Assembly: GCA_045863855.1 (NCBI GenBank)
Contig: BTVV01000051.1
Location: 1 to 40,077, forward strand
Direction: 5' to 3'
Source: Planctomycetota bacterium
GTDB lineage: Bacteria > Planctomycetota > SZUA-567 > H5-PLA8
Length of the DNA: 40,077 bases
Shown here: positions 1 to 9,645 of the stretch, piece after piece
Numbering within the stretch: the stretch's first letter is position 1
Layout of the letters: each line of letters opens with the position of its first letter
Program-made: the position numbers and the translations under genes
The notes under the pieces: generated by a model
Database searches by the model: none
Told to the model about the DNA's origin: nothing
What the model saw: the letters and a program-made list of their open reading frames with translations, nothing else

Positions 1-2
1 CC

Positions 3-2000
3 CTCGACGACACCATCGGGCGACGTCCCGACGACCACACGCGCATCGCGGCCGTAGGCCGCTTGATGGGCGATCACGCGCGCAGCGCTTACCAGGCCAT
101 GTGCGCGCTCTTCCTGCAGCCCGAGCGCGCGTTTCTTTTCAATACATACGGCACCAACCCTAAATCGATCTGGGGCCGCTATCGCATGGACTTTTCGGCC
201 GCCGCCTGGAAGGACCGCCTGACTGTCACGCACCTGAAAGAAAAGGACGCTCACTTGGGCACGTACCGCGCGGAGACGTTTCCGTGGAATCCGTACGGCT
301 TGCTCACGATCAACAGTTCCGGCGGCGCGCGGCATTGGTCGGTCGGCGGCGGCGGTGGGAACGACGACGATTTTCCGGTAGGCGAACCGGTGGCGATCCA
401 TGTGACGCATTCGGGCAGTTCGGCCGACGTATACAATCCGGATAGTTTGGCCGGTCGCGCGATCTGGGGCGGCGCGTTTTTCTATTTCGGCTCCACCGCC
501 GAGCCGTTCCTGACTTCCTTTCAGCCGCCGAGCTACTACGGTCCGCGCATCGCCGCGGGCTCACCCCTGGCGCTCGTCTTCCGCCAGCGTTCGGCGCAGA
601 ATTTCTGGATGCCGTGGCGGTTGATGATTACCGGCGATCCGCTCTTCGCGCTGCGCGACAAACCCGCCGAACGCAAACCGCACAAGTCCCAGAAGCGCCC
701 GCTGGTCCGCGACGGCGAAGCGCCGTTGTCTGTCGCGGCCGAAGGCGATGCGTACGCCAAATGGCTTAACGAACTGCGCGTGGCGCGCTGGCGCGGAACG
801 CGCGGCGCGGCGCTGGCGTTGGCCGAGAAGCCGCCCGAGAAGGCATCGCTGGACGCCGCGGGCCTGCCGCTGGTGCTCGAAGAGTTCCTCCGCGCGGTGC
901 GCCTCGAGGATGCCGCGAAGACTTGGCTCGCGGCGCCTGCCGCCGCGCGCGATTCCTATGCGGCGCGCGTTTACGCGCGCCAGGCGTTCGGCGCGCTTCT
1001 TGACCGCGCGCTGCTGAAGAAGGATCTGCCGGCGCTTCAGACGCAGTACGAAGGACTCTTGACCACCGCGCCGTTCAACGACTTCGCGGACCGCTGGCTC
1101 GGTAAGCTGCTGGAATGCGCGAACGAAGGGGAGGGGGCCGAGTTCGACGCGTGGCTTACGGCCAGCGCTGCGAAAGACGACCTCAAAGCGTATCAACCGC
1201 TCTTCCAAAAGCGGATCGACGAACGCGGGTACGCGCGGCTGGTGGCCAAGCCGGCGTGGGACGATGCCGATCTAACAGCCGCGCTGAGCCGCTTCGCGGA
1301 CTCGGTTAAGCGCAAGGCCGAGACGCGCATCCTGCAACAGGAGCTGGAGAGCCTTTTCGACGCGGCGCTCGCCAAACGCGAAGGGCTCACCCCGGATGTC
1401 CTGCAGCAACGCGTAAACGAGCAGTTCGAGACCGACGGCGAAGATCATAAGCGCCTTAAACCGGCGCTCGAGGGCTTCGTGAAGCAACGCGCGCTGCACA
1501 AAGACTGCCTCTTACTGGGCGGATTCGAGGCCGCCGACGCCGGAGCTTGGGAAAAGATCGCACCCAACGGAAAGCCCGATTTTTCGGCGACCTATTCGGA
1601 GGGCGGGCGCATAATCGCATGGCAACGGCCCTATAAGCCGGGTTCGTTCGGGATCGTGGACCTCGTCAAGCTGCTTAAGCCGAACGTGAACTGCTACGCT
1701 TACGCCGCCGTTAACGTGACCGTCGCGGCGCCCGTGGACGGCTTCCTGCTGCTCGGCAGCGACGACGGCGTCACGGCGCATCTGGCCGGCCAGGAGATCC
1801 ACAAGAATCCGACTGCGCGCGGGGTCACGCCCGACCAGGACAAAGTCGCGGTGAAGTTGGAGGCGGGCACCCACCTCTTGATGCTGCGCATCGATCAGGG
1901 CGGCGGCGGCTGGGGCTTTTGCGTCCGCTTCGCCGATGGCGAAGGCAAGCCGTTATCCGGGGTGACGCTGAGCTGCCCCGAGAAGCAGGCCGCGCCCTAA
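3..2000 (+). CDS. Large hypothetical protein, 5'-partial: N-terminal region resembling TIGR03790-type proteins, helical middle, C-terminal PA14-like/carbohydrate-binding beta-sandwich
   Basis: The frame is open from base 3 (LDDTIGRRP...GRLMG), so the gene starts before the window. Motifs EPFLTSF...ITGDPL; C-terminal LLGSDDG...LEAGTHLLMLRIDQGGGGWGF pattern typical of PVC beta-sandwich domains. Confidence 0.6.
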   Translation, partial: LDDTIGRRPDDHTRIAAVGRLMGDHARSAYQAMCALFLQPERAFLFNTYGTNPKSIWGRYRMDFSAAAWKDRLTVTHLKEKDAHLGTYRAETFPWNPYGLLTINSSGGARHWSVGGGGGNDDDFPVGEPVAIHVTHSGSSADVYNPDSLAGRAIWGGAFFYFGSTAEPFLTSFQPPSYYGPRIAAGSPLALVFRQRSAQNFWMPWRLMITGDPLFALRDKPAERKPHKSQKRPLVRDGEAPLSVAAEGDAYAKWLNELRVARWRGTRGAALALAEKPPEKASLDAAGLPLVLEEFLRAVRLEDAAKTWLAAPAAARDSYAARVYARQAFGALLDRALLKKDLPALQTQYEGLLTTAPFNDFADRWLGKLLECANEGEGAEFDAWLTASAAKDDLKAYQPLFQKRIDERGYARLVAKPAWDDADLTAALSRFADSVKRKAETRILQQELESLFDAALAKREGLTPDVLQQRVNEQFETDGEDHKRLKPALEGFVKQRALHKDCLLLGGFEAADAGAWEKIAPNGKPDFSATYSEGGRIIAWQRPYKPGSFGIVDLVKLLKPNVNCYAYAAVNVTVAAPVDGFLLLGSDDGVTAHLAGQEIHKNPTARGVTPDQDKVAVKLEAGTHLLMLRIDQGGGGWGFCVRFADGEGKPLSGVTLSCPEKQAAP

Positions 2001-2027
2001 AAGAAAGCCCCCGCTTGCGCGGGGGCT
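1999..2027 (-). terminator. Rho-independent terminator for the FKBP gene (possibly bidirectional)
   Basis: Hairpin AGCCCCCGC-TTGC-GCGGGGGCT at 2006-2027 (GCAA tetraloop on the minus strand), followed by a U-rich tract on the minus strand; lies between convergent genes. Confidence 0.8.
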
Positions 2028-2057
2028 GGTGAAGCGCCTGAGAACGACCGGTCGAGA

Positions 2058-2771
2058 CTAAGGCTTGACCTCAAGCAACTCGACATCGAAGACCAGCGTT
2101 TCGTTGGGGCCGATCGCCGGCGGGCTGCCGCGTTCGCCGTAACCCAAGTTCGCCGGAATCCAGAAGCGCCCTTTGCCGCCGGCTTTCAGAAGCTGCAAGC
2201 CTTCGGTCCAGCCGGGGATGACCTGGTTGAGCTTGAACTCCGCCGGTTCGCCGCGCTTGTAGGAGCTGTCGAATTCGTCGCCGCTTAACAACGTGCCCTT
2301 GTAGTGAACCTTGACCGTGTCCGTCGCCTTCGGGGCATCGCCTTCGCCTGCCTTTTCGATTTGGTACTGCAAACCGCTCTCGGTGGTCTTAATGCCTTCC
2401 TTTTTGCCGTTCTCGACAAGGAACTGGGTGCCCGCTTCCTTGCTCTTCTGGGCCTTTTCCAGCATGCGTTGTTGGAAGGCCTGCTGGAACGCGGTCAGCG
2501 CTTCCTGAATGTCCTTATCGGTCAGCGCGGAGGGCTTGCCTTCGAAGGCGTCCTTCATGCCCTTCATCACGCCTTCCCACTCGAGCCCGTCGCCTTTGAA
2601 GCGCTTGCCGTAGTTGTAGCCGATCGCGTACCCGGCGCGCTGATCCATCGTCTTCAGGCCGCTGGCATCGCCGGCGGGCGCTGGCGTTTCGGTCTCGCCT
2701 TCGGCGCGTGCCTGAGCCGCCAAAACCAATGTCAACAAAACACAAGCCGTCATCTTAGTGACGTAACGCAT
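2058..2771 (-). CDS. fkpA: FKBP-type peptidyl-prolyl cis-trans isomerase (FkpA/Mip-like)
   Basis: Signal peptide; FKBP_N dimerisation region (YAIGYNYG); catalytic motifs VKVHYKGTL, FDSSYKRGEP, VIPGWTEGL, IPANLGYG, LVFDVELL. Confidence 0.93.
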   Translation of the reverse strand: MRYVTKMTACVLLTLVLAAQARAEGETETPAPAGDASGLKTMDQRAGYAIGYNYGKRFKGDGLEWEGVMKGMKDAFEGKPSALTDKDIQEALTAFQQAFQQRMLEKAQKSKEAGTQFLVENGKKEGIKTTESGLQYQIEKAGEGDAPKATDTVKVHYKGTLLSGDEFDSSYKRGEPAEFKLNQVIPGWTEGLQLLKAGGKGRFWIPANLGYGERGSPPAIGPNETLVFDVELLEVKP

Positions 2772-2902
2772 GATCCGTCTCCAAAAGGGGGAAGGGTGAA
2801 AAGCCGGCTCGAAATGCTACTCGGTGGCCCCGATCTGTCGAGCGGGGAAGCGGGTCGCCGCGCGCCCCATCGGCAATGGGATGTCTGAAGCCCGCCGCTT
2901 AT

Positions 2903-4135
2903 TCAGCGCCTGCGGATCGTCTCGGTGGCGTGTTTGAGTGCTTTTTCTGCCAACTTGGCGACTTCGGCCAAGCCGGTTTCGTTCAAGTCCGCGCCGTCCA
3001 TCTTGTCGGCGGCGCATTGCGTGGCAAAGGTCGCGTCAATCCAGGGCGCGCCGCTTTCTTCGAGTTGCCGGCCGACGCGCGTCAGAAAATCCTTGTGTCC
3101 CTTTTTCTGAGCGTCGGTCGCTCCCGCTGGAGCCGAGGGCAGCACCCAAATCGGCAACACCCCGGCTTGCAGGCAGCGGCTGCTGATGCGTTGCGCATCA
3201 GAGGCCGAACTGGACGCTTTCCAAGCCGCCGCGGGCATTGCCAAGAGCACCGTTTCGCTCTCGGTCTTGGATAGGACATACGGAAGCAGCGCGCGCAGCT
3301 CGGCGAAGCCGTTCAGGTTCAAGCCTTCGGGCAGGACGGCTTTGGTCATTTCCGTGCGCGGCACGTTCGCCGCGACGAGGGCCGGAAACGCCGCCTCGTG
3401 CTTGCCCGGCGCCAAAGGCAGGATCGTGCGCGGTTTGGTCCGGCCTGACGGACGGCGCAAGGCGTCCTTGGCGTTCTCGATCGTCTTGGTCGAGATGCGG
3501 AATCCGTCGACATCCGCCTGAGCTTCCAATTGCGCCCGCTTGATCTCTTCAGCCAGCGCCACGTTCCAGAGTTGTTCGGGCGTCGCTCCGGTCGTCACGA
3601 TGAAATCGTCGATCCAGACTTCGGGCATTCCGGCGCCGCCGACGATGAAAATCTTGATCTGGCTCAGCTTGAAGTCGTTGGGCATACGCGTCACGCCGCT
3701 GCGTGCCTGGCCCATTGGCGTAGTCACGTCGAACCAGCGGTCGTTCGTGGTCGAAGTGTAGCGGTAGGTATACCCCTTCGCACCGTCGTTGAACTCGATC
3801 CGAACCTGATCGATCCCCTTGCCGAAGACTCGGAAACCGACGTACACCTTATTGATATCCGTCGCGCCCGGCAGCTTGAACTGGCCGATCTTGCCGCTCC
3901 AAACCCAGGCCAGGTTGGCATCCCAACTGGCTTTCCCGAGCTTCAGTGCCTTGGTGTTGGGGCGTACGCCTTTCCCGATCTCCGGCGTACCGTTCGACCA
4001 CGCCTTGTTGTCGTCTTCGAAGCTGTCGAACCAAGTGATCGGCCCCGGCGCTTGTGCGCGGACGGATCCTGCCGCGAGCAGTAGCGCGAACGCAATCGCT
4101 GCCCGAATCCAAAGTGAACTTGGAGACTCGGTCAT
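2903..4135 (-). CDS. Secreted hypothetical protein: N-terminal galactose-binding-like/CBM domain and C-terminal degenerate SGNH-like alpha/beta domain
   Basis: Signal peptide ending VRA-Q; beta-rich N-domain (WFDSFED...VWIDDFIV); its start overlaps the stop of the upstream gene by 4 bp. Confidence 0.6.
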   Translation of the reverse strand: MTESPSSLWIRAAIAFALLLAAGSVRAQAPGPITWFDSFEDDNKAWSNGTPEIGKGVRPNTKALKLGKASWDANLAWVWSGKIGQFKLPGATDINKVYVGFRVFGKGIDQVRIEFNDGAKGYTYRYTSTTNDRWFDVTTPMGQARSGVTRMPNDFKLSQIKIFIVGGAGMPEVWIDDFIVTTGATPEQLWNVALAEEIKRAQLEAQADVDGFRISTKTIENAKDALRRPSGRTKPRTILPLAPGKHEAAFPALVAANVPRTEMTKAVLPEGLNLNGFAELRALLPYVLSKTESETVLLAMPAAAWKASSSASDAQRISSRCLQAGVLPIWVLPSAPAGATDAQKKGHKDFLTRVGRQLEESGAPWIDATFATQCAADKMDGADLNETGLAEVAKLAEKALKHATETIRRR

Positions 4136-5394
4136 TCTTCTTCCTCTTCCACCGCCGGCGCTCCAGGCTTGCCAGGAGCCGCCGAACCCGAACCCACGTC
4201 CAGCCCCAGGATATGTTTAGCCGTGAGGCGCAGAATCGCTTCGACGCGCTGCGGGAAGTCCGCCGCACTGCCGTCCATGGCCGGAACCTTGGCTTCGTGC
4301 ATCACGCCCACGATCGCGCCGCGCAGCGGATCGTCCGGACCGCCTTCCGGCACCACCAAGATCGGGACCGCGCCGAAATATCCGCATAGCGCGCATACGT
4401 CGTCCCAATCGGCCTTCAAGTGGTCCGGCACACTCTTGAGCGCCCCCTGATGTAGAAATACGAACGCCGGCTTTTCTTTGAGCAGATGATCGGGCAAGAG
4501 GCGCAGCAGATCGAGCGGCGTGACGTCCCCGGTCTGGAGCGCTGGCAGCGCGGCGGCCTGTGCCCAGCCGGCCGGAGGCGCGGGCGATTTTGCCGTACCG
4601 CTACCGGCCCACAGGATTTTATCCTTGGAGGCTCCTTTCAGACCCTTCTTGAGCTGCGCGCGAATGCCGGCGGCTACTTCGGGCGAAAAGTGCATCCCCG
4701 ATCCCGCGAGTTCCCGTTTAGGCGCGGATTGGGCCGGATCGGGCGCCGCGGGTTTGGCTGGGGCGGCCGCCGGTTTTGCTTCACCGGGTTTGGCGGGCGT
4801 CGCCGGCGGTGCGGCGGGTGCGGCCGCGCCCGCGCCCGCGGCTTGGCCGCTACCATCGGGACGTTTGGTGCCTGTAGGCGTATAATCGCCGCTGGTCAGC
4901 GCCAGACAATCGATCCCGCCGTGGTTGGAAATTTTGCTGGTAAGCTTGAACTTCAACGTGTGCGCGCCGGGTTTGAGCTTGAGCGTGCCGAAATCGTGCC
5001 AAGCCAGGTTGCGATGGTCGGGCTTATCCGAAATTATCTGCTCTTCGGTCTTCTTGGCGAAATCGCAGGGTTCCCATTCCTCGCCATTGAGCTGCCACTG
5101 CATCGTCACCATCAAATTGTTGCAACGCACCCAGAATCGAAAATCGCCCGCCGCTTCGATTTTGAACGAGTAGGTGATCTCTCCGGCATCGGGGCCGTAA
5201 TGGCTGGCCCATTCGCCGCCGGAAAGCACGGTCTTGGTTACGGCGTCGTACCAGTTGTGCTTGACAAAATTGGATTCATGCGCGGCTTCGCCCTCGATCC
5301 AGACGTGCTCCGCACGAAGCGCGGAAACGGCCAGCAACCCGCTCAGTGCGGCGCACAAAAAGCCTGTTTGAAGCAATCGGTCCGGCAAAGGCAT
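4132..5394 (-). CDS. Secreted hypothetical protein: CBM-like N-domain, Pro/Ala linker, degenerate SGNH-like C-domain
   Basis: ATG at 5394 with GGGAG RBS; signal peptide ending LRA-E; HVWIEGEA and LKPGAHTLKF...GIDCLALT CBM-like pattern; PA-rich linker. Confidence 0.6.
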   Translation of the reverse strand: MPLPDRLLQTGFLCAALSGLLAVSALRAEHVWIEGEAAHESNFVKHNWYDAVTKTVLSGGEWASHYGPDAGEITYSFKIEAAGDFRFWVRCNNLMVTMQWQLNGEEWEPCDFAKKTEEQIISDKPDHRNLAWHDFGTLKLKPGAHTLKFKLTSKISNHGGIDCLALTSGDYTPTGTKRPDGSGQAAGAGAAAPAAPPATPAKPGEAKPAAAPAKPAAPDPAQSAPKRELAGSGMHFSPEVAAGIRAQLKKGLKGASKDKILWAGSGTAKSPAPPAGWAQAAALPALQTGDVTPLDLLRLLPDHLLKEKPAFVFLHQGALKSVPDHLKADWDDVCALCGYFGAVPILVVPEGGPDDPLRGAIVGVMHEAKVPAMDGSAADFPQRVEAILRLTAKHILGLDVGSGSAAPGKPGAPAVEEEEE

Positions 5395-5600
5395 GACGGT
5401 CTCCCTGCGATGCGGCGCCCGAACGGCGCGCGCATTCGAATCACACGCTGTAATGGTAACTAATGAAGGCGAAAAGTTCACCCGGAAAGCACCGGGAATG
5501 CAAGTCCAAAGCTTTAATGGCCCAGCGGGTACACGTATTTTCCGTCGAGAATTGCAGCTAATTTCAAGCCGCTAATTATCCGTGAAGTGGTCTATACCTC

Positions 5601-6818
5601 TCAGGCTTTCAGCGGCACCAATTCCACGCTTAGTACGTGGTTTTGCCCGCGCAGCGCCGCCAGCGTCGTGGCTTCGGGCGCACTGTCCAGTTCGATCCGC
5701 GCGACGGCCGCGCCGGCGCCTTGGAAGACGATGTTGCTCGTGCGCTGGACATTGATCCCGTTCGTGCGCAATTCGTCGAAGATGCCCGCCAGCACGCCCA
5801 CGCGGTCGAAGTGCCGCACGGCCAGCAGCCATTGAGCCGGAGTGCGTTCGGCAAGATTCACGCAGTTGGGGACGCTTCCCGATTTCAGGAAGCACTCGAC
5901 GATGCGCACCGCTTCTTGCGCAATCGCTTCTTGCGCCTGCTCGGTGCTCGCGCCGATGTGCGGCGTCCCGACGAAGCCCGGTGCGTCCTTGATCGCGAGC
6001 GTGAAGTCCGCCGCCGCCGCTCCGGGTTCGCCCTCGAACACATCCAGCGCCGGCCGGATGCCGCGGGTCTTGACGGCTTCCTCAAGCGCCTGGAGGTCCA
6101 CCACTTCGCCGCGGCTGGTGTTGATCAGAATGGCGCGCGGCTTCATGGCGGCGAGAAATTTCGCGTCGATAAGATGCCTCGTCTGCGGCGTGTAGGCCAC
6201 GTGAATCGAGACTGCGTCCGCACGAGTGGCGATCGCCAGCGGATCCTGAACGCGTTCGACGCCCAGTTCCTGCGCGCGCTCGGCCGTCAGCGAGCGCGAC
6301 CACGCCAGCACCGGCATCCCGAACGCCTTGGCCCGTTCGATCACGCGCTCGCCGATCCCGCCCACGCCCAGGACGCCCAGCGTGCGGCCTTTCAGGCCGT
6401 CGGCCTTGCCGTACTCGCCCTTGGACCACTTCCCGGCCTTGAGGTCCGCGGTGGCTTGCGGGATGCGCCGGTCCGCCGCGAGCAACAGGCCCATAGTCAG
6501 TTCCGCCACCGCCGCGGCGTTTTTGCCCGGGCAGTTGGCGACGTAGATCCCCAGCGCGCTGGCTTTCTCCGTGTCGATGTTGTCCGTGCCGGCGCCTGCT
6601 CGAACGATGAGCTGCAACTCTTTTCCTGCTTCGATCGCCGCCGCTTTCACTTTCGTCGACCGCACCACCAGCACCGCGACGCCGTCGAGCATCTCCGGGA
6701 GCTTTTCCGCGCTCGAATCCGGCTCGTAACGTAACTTCACGCCCAGCGCCTTCAGGCGTTCCAAGCCGCTGGAAGAAAACTTGTCGGCCACCAGGATGCG
6801 CTTCTCGCCGTCGGACAT
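5601..6818 (-). CDS. serA: D-3-phosphoglycerate dehydrogenase family protein with C-terminal ACT domain
   Basis: VRAGAGTDNID, GVLGVGGIG Rossmann motif, INTSRG, LDVFEGEP, TPHIGASTEQAQ; ACT domain HFDRVGVLA. Confidence 0.88.
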   Translation of the reverse strand: MSDGEKRILVADKFSSSGLERLKALGVKLRYEPDSSAEKLPEMLDGVAVLVVRSTKVKAAAIEAGKELQLIVRAGAGTDNIDTEKASALGIYVANCPGKNAAAVAELTMGLLLAADRRIPQATADLKAGKWSKGEYGKADGLKGRTLGVLGVGGIGERVIERAKAFGMPVLAWSRSLTAERAQELGVERVQDPLAIATRADAVSIHVAYTPQTRHLIDAKFLAAMKPRAILINTSRGEVVDLQALEEAVKTRGIRPALDVFEGEPGAAAADFTLAIKDAPGFVGTPHIGASTEQAQEAIAQEAVRIVECFLKSGSVPNCVNLAERTPAQWLLAVRHFDRVGVLAGIFDELRTNGINVQRTSNIVFQGAGAAVARIELDSAPEATTLAALRGQNHVLSVELVPLKA

Positions 6819-6939
6819 GCCGTCCTTCTCCTTAGAGTCTGTAACACTTATGCTCCGATCTGTTCGCGCGCTGTCAAGCTATTGGCGTCGGAGAGGCCAG
6901 GCGCTATGGTGCGCGGACGATCTTTACGAGGAGGCCTTC

Positions 6940-7983
6940 ATGCTGCGCGTCGGCATCGCCGGGCTTGGATTCATGGGCATGATTCACTACCACGCGTTCG
7001 GGCGCATTGCCGGCGTGCGCGTGGACGCGATCTCGACGCGCGATCCCAAGAAGCTCGCCGGCGACTGGACCGGGATTCAAGGCAACTTCGGTCCGCGCGG
7101 CACCCAGATGGACTTGTCGGGCGTGCGCACCTCTTCCGATCTCGATGCGATGCTCGCCGATCCCAAACTCGACCTCATCGACGTGACGCTTCCCACCGAA
7201 CGCCACCTGGACGTCACGCTTGCCGCCCTCAAGGCCGGTAAGCACGTGCTGGTCGAAAAGCCCATCGCGCTCCAGCCGGCCGAAGGCCGGCGCATGGCGG
7301 CCGCGGCGCGGAAAGCGCGACGCAAGTTGCTGGTCGCGCATGTCCTGCCGTTCTTTCCCGAATACGCCGCCGCTTACAAGCTGGCAACCTCCGGGCGCTT
7401 CGGGAAGCTCCTGGGCGGGCATTTTAAGCGCATCATCAGCCGCCCCGACTGGTCGAAGGCCGCGCTCGATTACAGCCGCTCCGGAGGGCCGGCCGTCGAT
7501 CTGCACATTCACGATACGCATTACATCCGCAACCTCTTCGGGATGCCCAAGGCGGTCTTTTCGCGCGGAGTCCAGGCCGGCGGGGGCGTGCAATACCTTA
7601 CCACTCAGTACATTTACGCCGACGCGGGACTCACCCTCAGCGCTTCGTCCGGGGCGGTCAGCCAGTCCGGGCGCTCGTTCACGCACGGCTTCGAGATCTA
7701 CCTCGAACGCGGCACCCTCTGCTTCGAATGGGCCAACCAAGGCGGACAGCCCACGCCCGTGATGCCGCTGACGCTCCTCAAGCCCGACCGTTCGGCCGAA
7801 CGCGTCAAGCTGGGGAGTTCCGATCCGGTCGAGGCCTTCGTGGGCGAACTGAAGTACGCCGCGGAAGCGCTGCGCGGGAAGCACGACGGCAAACTCCTCG
7901 CCGCCGAAGGAGCTTTGGCCGCGCTGACGCTGTGCCACAAGGAAATCGAGAGCGTGCGCAGCGGGCGCGTGGTGAAGATTTAA
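6940..7983 (+). CDS. Gfo/Idh/MocA family oxidoreductase
   Basis: ATG 6940 after GAGGAGG; VGIAGLGFMG, GKHVLVEKP, DLHIHD motifs. Confidence 0.9.
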   Translation: MLRVGIAGLGFMGMIHYHAFGRIAGVRVDAISTRDPKKLAGDWTGIQGNFGPRGTQMDLSGVRTSSDLDAMLADPKLDLIDVTLPTERHLDVTLAALKAGKHVLVEKPIALQPAEGRRMAAAARKARRKLLVAHVLPFFPEYAAAYKLATSGRFGKLLGGHFKRIISRPDWSKAALDYSRSGGPAVDLHIHDTHYIRNLFGMPKAVFSRGVQAGGGVQYLTTQYIYADAGLTLSASSGAVSQSGRSFTHGFEIYLERGTLCFEWANQGGQPTPVMPLTLLKPDRSAERVKLGSSDPVEAFVGELKYAAEALRGKHDGKLLAAEGALAALTLCHKEIESVRSGRVVKI

Positions 7984-7987
7984 GCGA

Positions 7988-8713
7988 ATGGCGCGCATCC
8001 GCCGCTTTGCCGTTCCCGACCTGTCCGCTGCCGCGGCCGGCGCGCGTCTGGCGTTGCCTGCCGACGAACGCCAGCACGCCCGCGTGTTGCGCCTCGAGGC
8101 CGGTGTAGAGATCGAACTTTTCGATCCCCACGGCCGTGTTTGGCGCGCACGCCTGGGCGACGAAGCCCAAGACGTCGAACTGCTGGAAGCGCGCGAAGCG
8201 ATCGAAGTCCGGCGGACGCCGCTCTGGCTGGCCACGGCTTGGCCTAAAGGCAAGCGTGCGTCCATGCTGGTGGAGAAAGCCTCCGAACTGGGCGCCGCGC
8301 GGATTCTGCCGCTGCGTTGCGCGCGCAGCGTGGTGACGAAGGACGGCGAGAGCGAAGGCGTCGCGCGTCTGAGGCGCATTGCCGCCGAAGCCGCCAAACA
8401 AAGTGGGCGCTCGGAAGTCCCGGTGGTCGAAGCCGAACGCTCCTTCAACGATCTGCTGGAGCGCGAAGCGGCGGCTGCGCGGATTGTTTTGCTCGATCCG
8501 CGCGCGCCGCAACGGTTCGCGGATTTGATCGAAGAGCCCGCGATGGACACTCGGCCCTGGCTGGTGCTCGTGGGGCCCGAGGGGGGCTTTACGGCCGAAG
8601 AAGAAGCACGCGCGGTGAATGCCGGTGCGCTTCGCGCGCGCTTGGGGCCGCATGTCCTGCGCGTCGAGACGGCGGCGCTGGCCGCTTGCGCCGCCTGGGC
8701 CGCCCGCGCTTGA
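7988..8713 (+). CDS. rsmE: 16S rRNA (uracil1498-N3)-methyltransferase RsmE
   Basis: HARVLRL, VEKASELG, EAAKQSGR, VGPEGGF, LGPHVLRVETA (SPOUT RsmE motifs). Confidence 0.93.
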   Translation: MARIRRFAVPDLSAAAAGARLALPADERQHARVLRLEAGVEIELFDPHGRVWRARLGDEAQDVELLEAREAIEVRRTPLWLATAWPKGKRASMLVEKASELGAARILPLRCARSVVTKDGESEGVARLRRIAAEAAKQSGRSEVPVVEAERSFNDLLEREAAAARIVLLDPRAPQRFADLIEEPAMDTRPWLVLVGPEGGFTAEEEARAVNAGALRARLGPHVLRVETAALAACAAWAARA

Positions 8714-8771
8714 CGCGGGAACGAAATCGGAGAAGTTGAAGGAGCGCCAACCCCGTAGGGATTTGCCTTCG

Positions 8772-9578
8772 ATGCCTGCCGAAGCCTTGTCCGCATGGCG
8801 CCCCGCGCGCATAGTCCAAAACGAACCCATGGCCCGTGGGAGCATCTGGCTCACGCTGGAAGCCGCTGACGGGCGCGCGGCCGATTTCCGCCCCGGACAT
8901 GTGCTGGGCCTGGGGTTGCGCCAGCCCGACGGTTCGTACTTGCGCCACGCGTATACCGTAAGCGTTGGGGATGCGCCGCAGCGCCGCTTTCACCATCTGT
9001 ACCGCGTGATCCCTTCGGGTCGGCTCACCCCGCGCCTCGAGAAATTGCGCCCCGGCGAGACGATTTACTTCCAGGGACCGGGCCATCGGCCCATCGAGGA
9101 CGAGGTCGATCCGGCCGCCGAGCGCATTATGGGGATTGCGACGGGGACCGGCATCGGCCCCCTTTTTGGGTACGCCCAGCGCGTGCTGGAGTTGGGCGAG
9201 ATGCGCCCGATCACGCTCTTTGCCGGGTTTCGCGAAGAGTCCGATATGTGCCTGCGCGACGAACTCGATGGACTTGCGCATCGCTATCCTAATTTCGGTT
9301 ATCGCTACACGTTGACCCGGCCTTCGCCCGAGTGGCGCGGCCTGACCGGCCGCGTGACGGACTCCTTACCGCCGATGCTGGGGCGATTGGACCGCCTGCA
9401 TGTTCATTTAGTCGGTAACGGCGAGATGGTGCATCTCTTTCGGAGCGCGCTCTTTGCCGCGGGCATGCCGCGCGAACGCGTGAGTATCGAAACGTACTTC
9501 AATCATTCGGCGGAACCGCCCAAACCGGATGTGATCGGCCTGGCTGAACGGCTGAAGCCGCCGGCCAAAGCGTCCTGA
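8772..9578 (+). CDS. FAD/NAD(P)-binding oxidoreductase, ferredoxin-NADP reductase family
   Basis: FRPGH, RHAYTV (RxYS-like), GRLTPRL, IATGTGIGP, GLTGRVT motifs; start codon chosen at ATG 8772. Confidence 0.82.
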   Translation: MPAEALSAWRPARIVQNEPMARGSIWLTLEAADGRAADFRPGHVLGLGLRQPDGSYLRHAYTVSVGDAPQRRFHHLYRVIPSGRLTPRLEKLRPGETIYFQGPGHRPIEDEVDPAAERIMGIATGTGIGPLFGYAQRVLELGEMRPITLFAGFREESDMCLRDELDGLAHRYPNFGYRYTLTRPSPEWRGLTGRVTDSLPPMLGRLDRLHVHLVGNGEMVHLFRSALFAAGMPRERVSIETYFNHSAEPPKPDVIGLAERLKPPAKAS

Positions 9579-9645
9579 TGCTTGCGGCCGTATCGGACGC
9601 CGCGATGCCCAGTGAAGGTATTTGAGCCATCAAAGGAAGACTTCC

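Noticed and set aside
6904..8796. 630-aa minus-strand ORF
   Set aside because: Overlaps the well-supported Gfo/Idh/MocA and rsmE genes; Ala/Arg/Ser-rich shadow translation.
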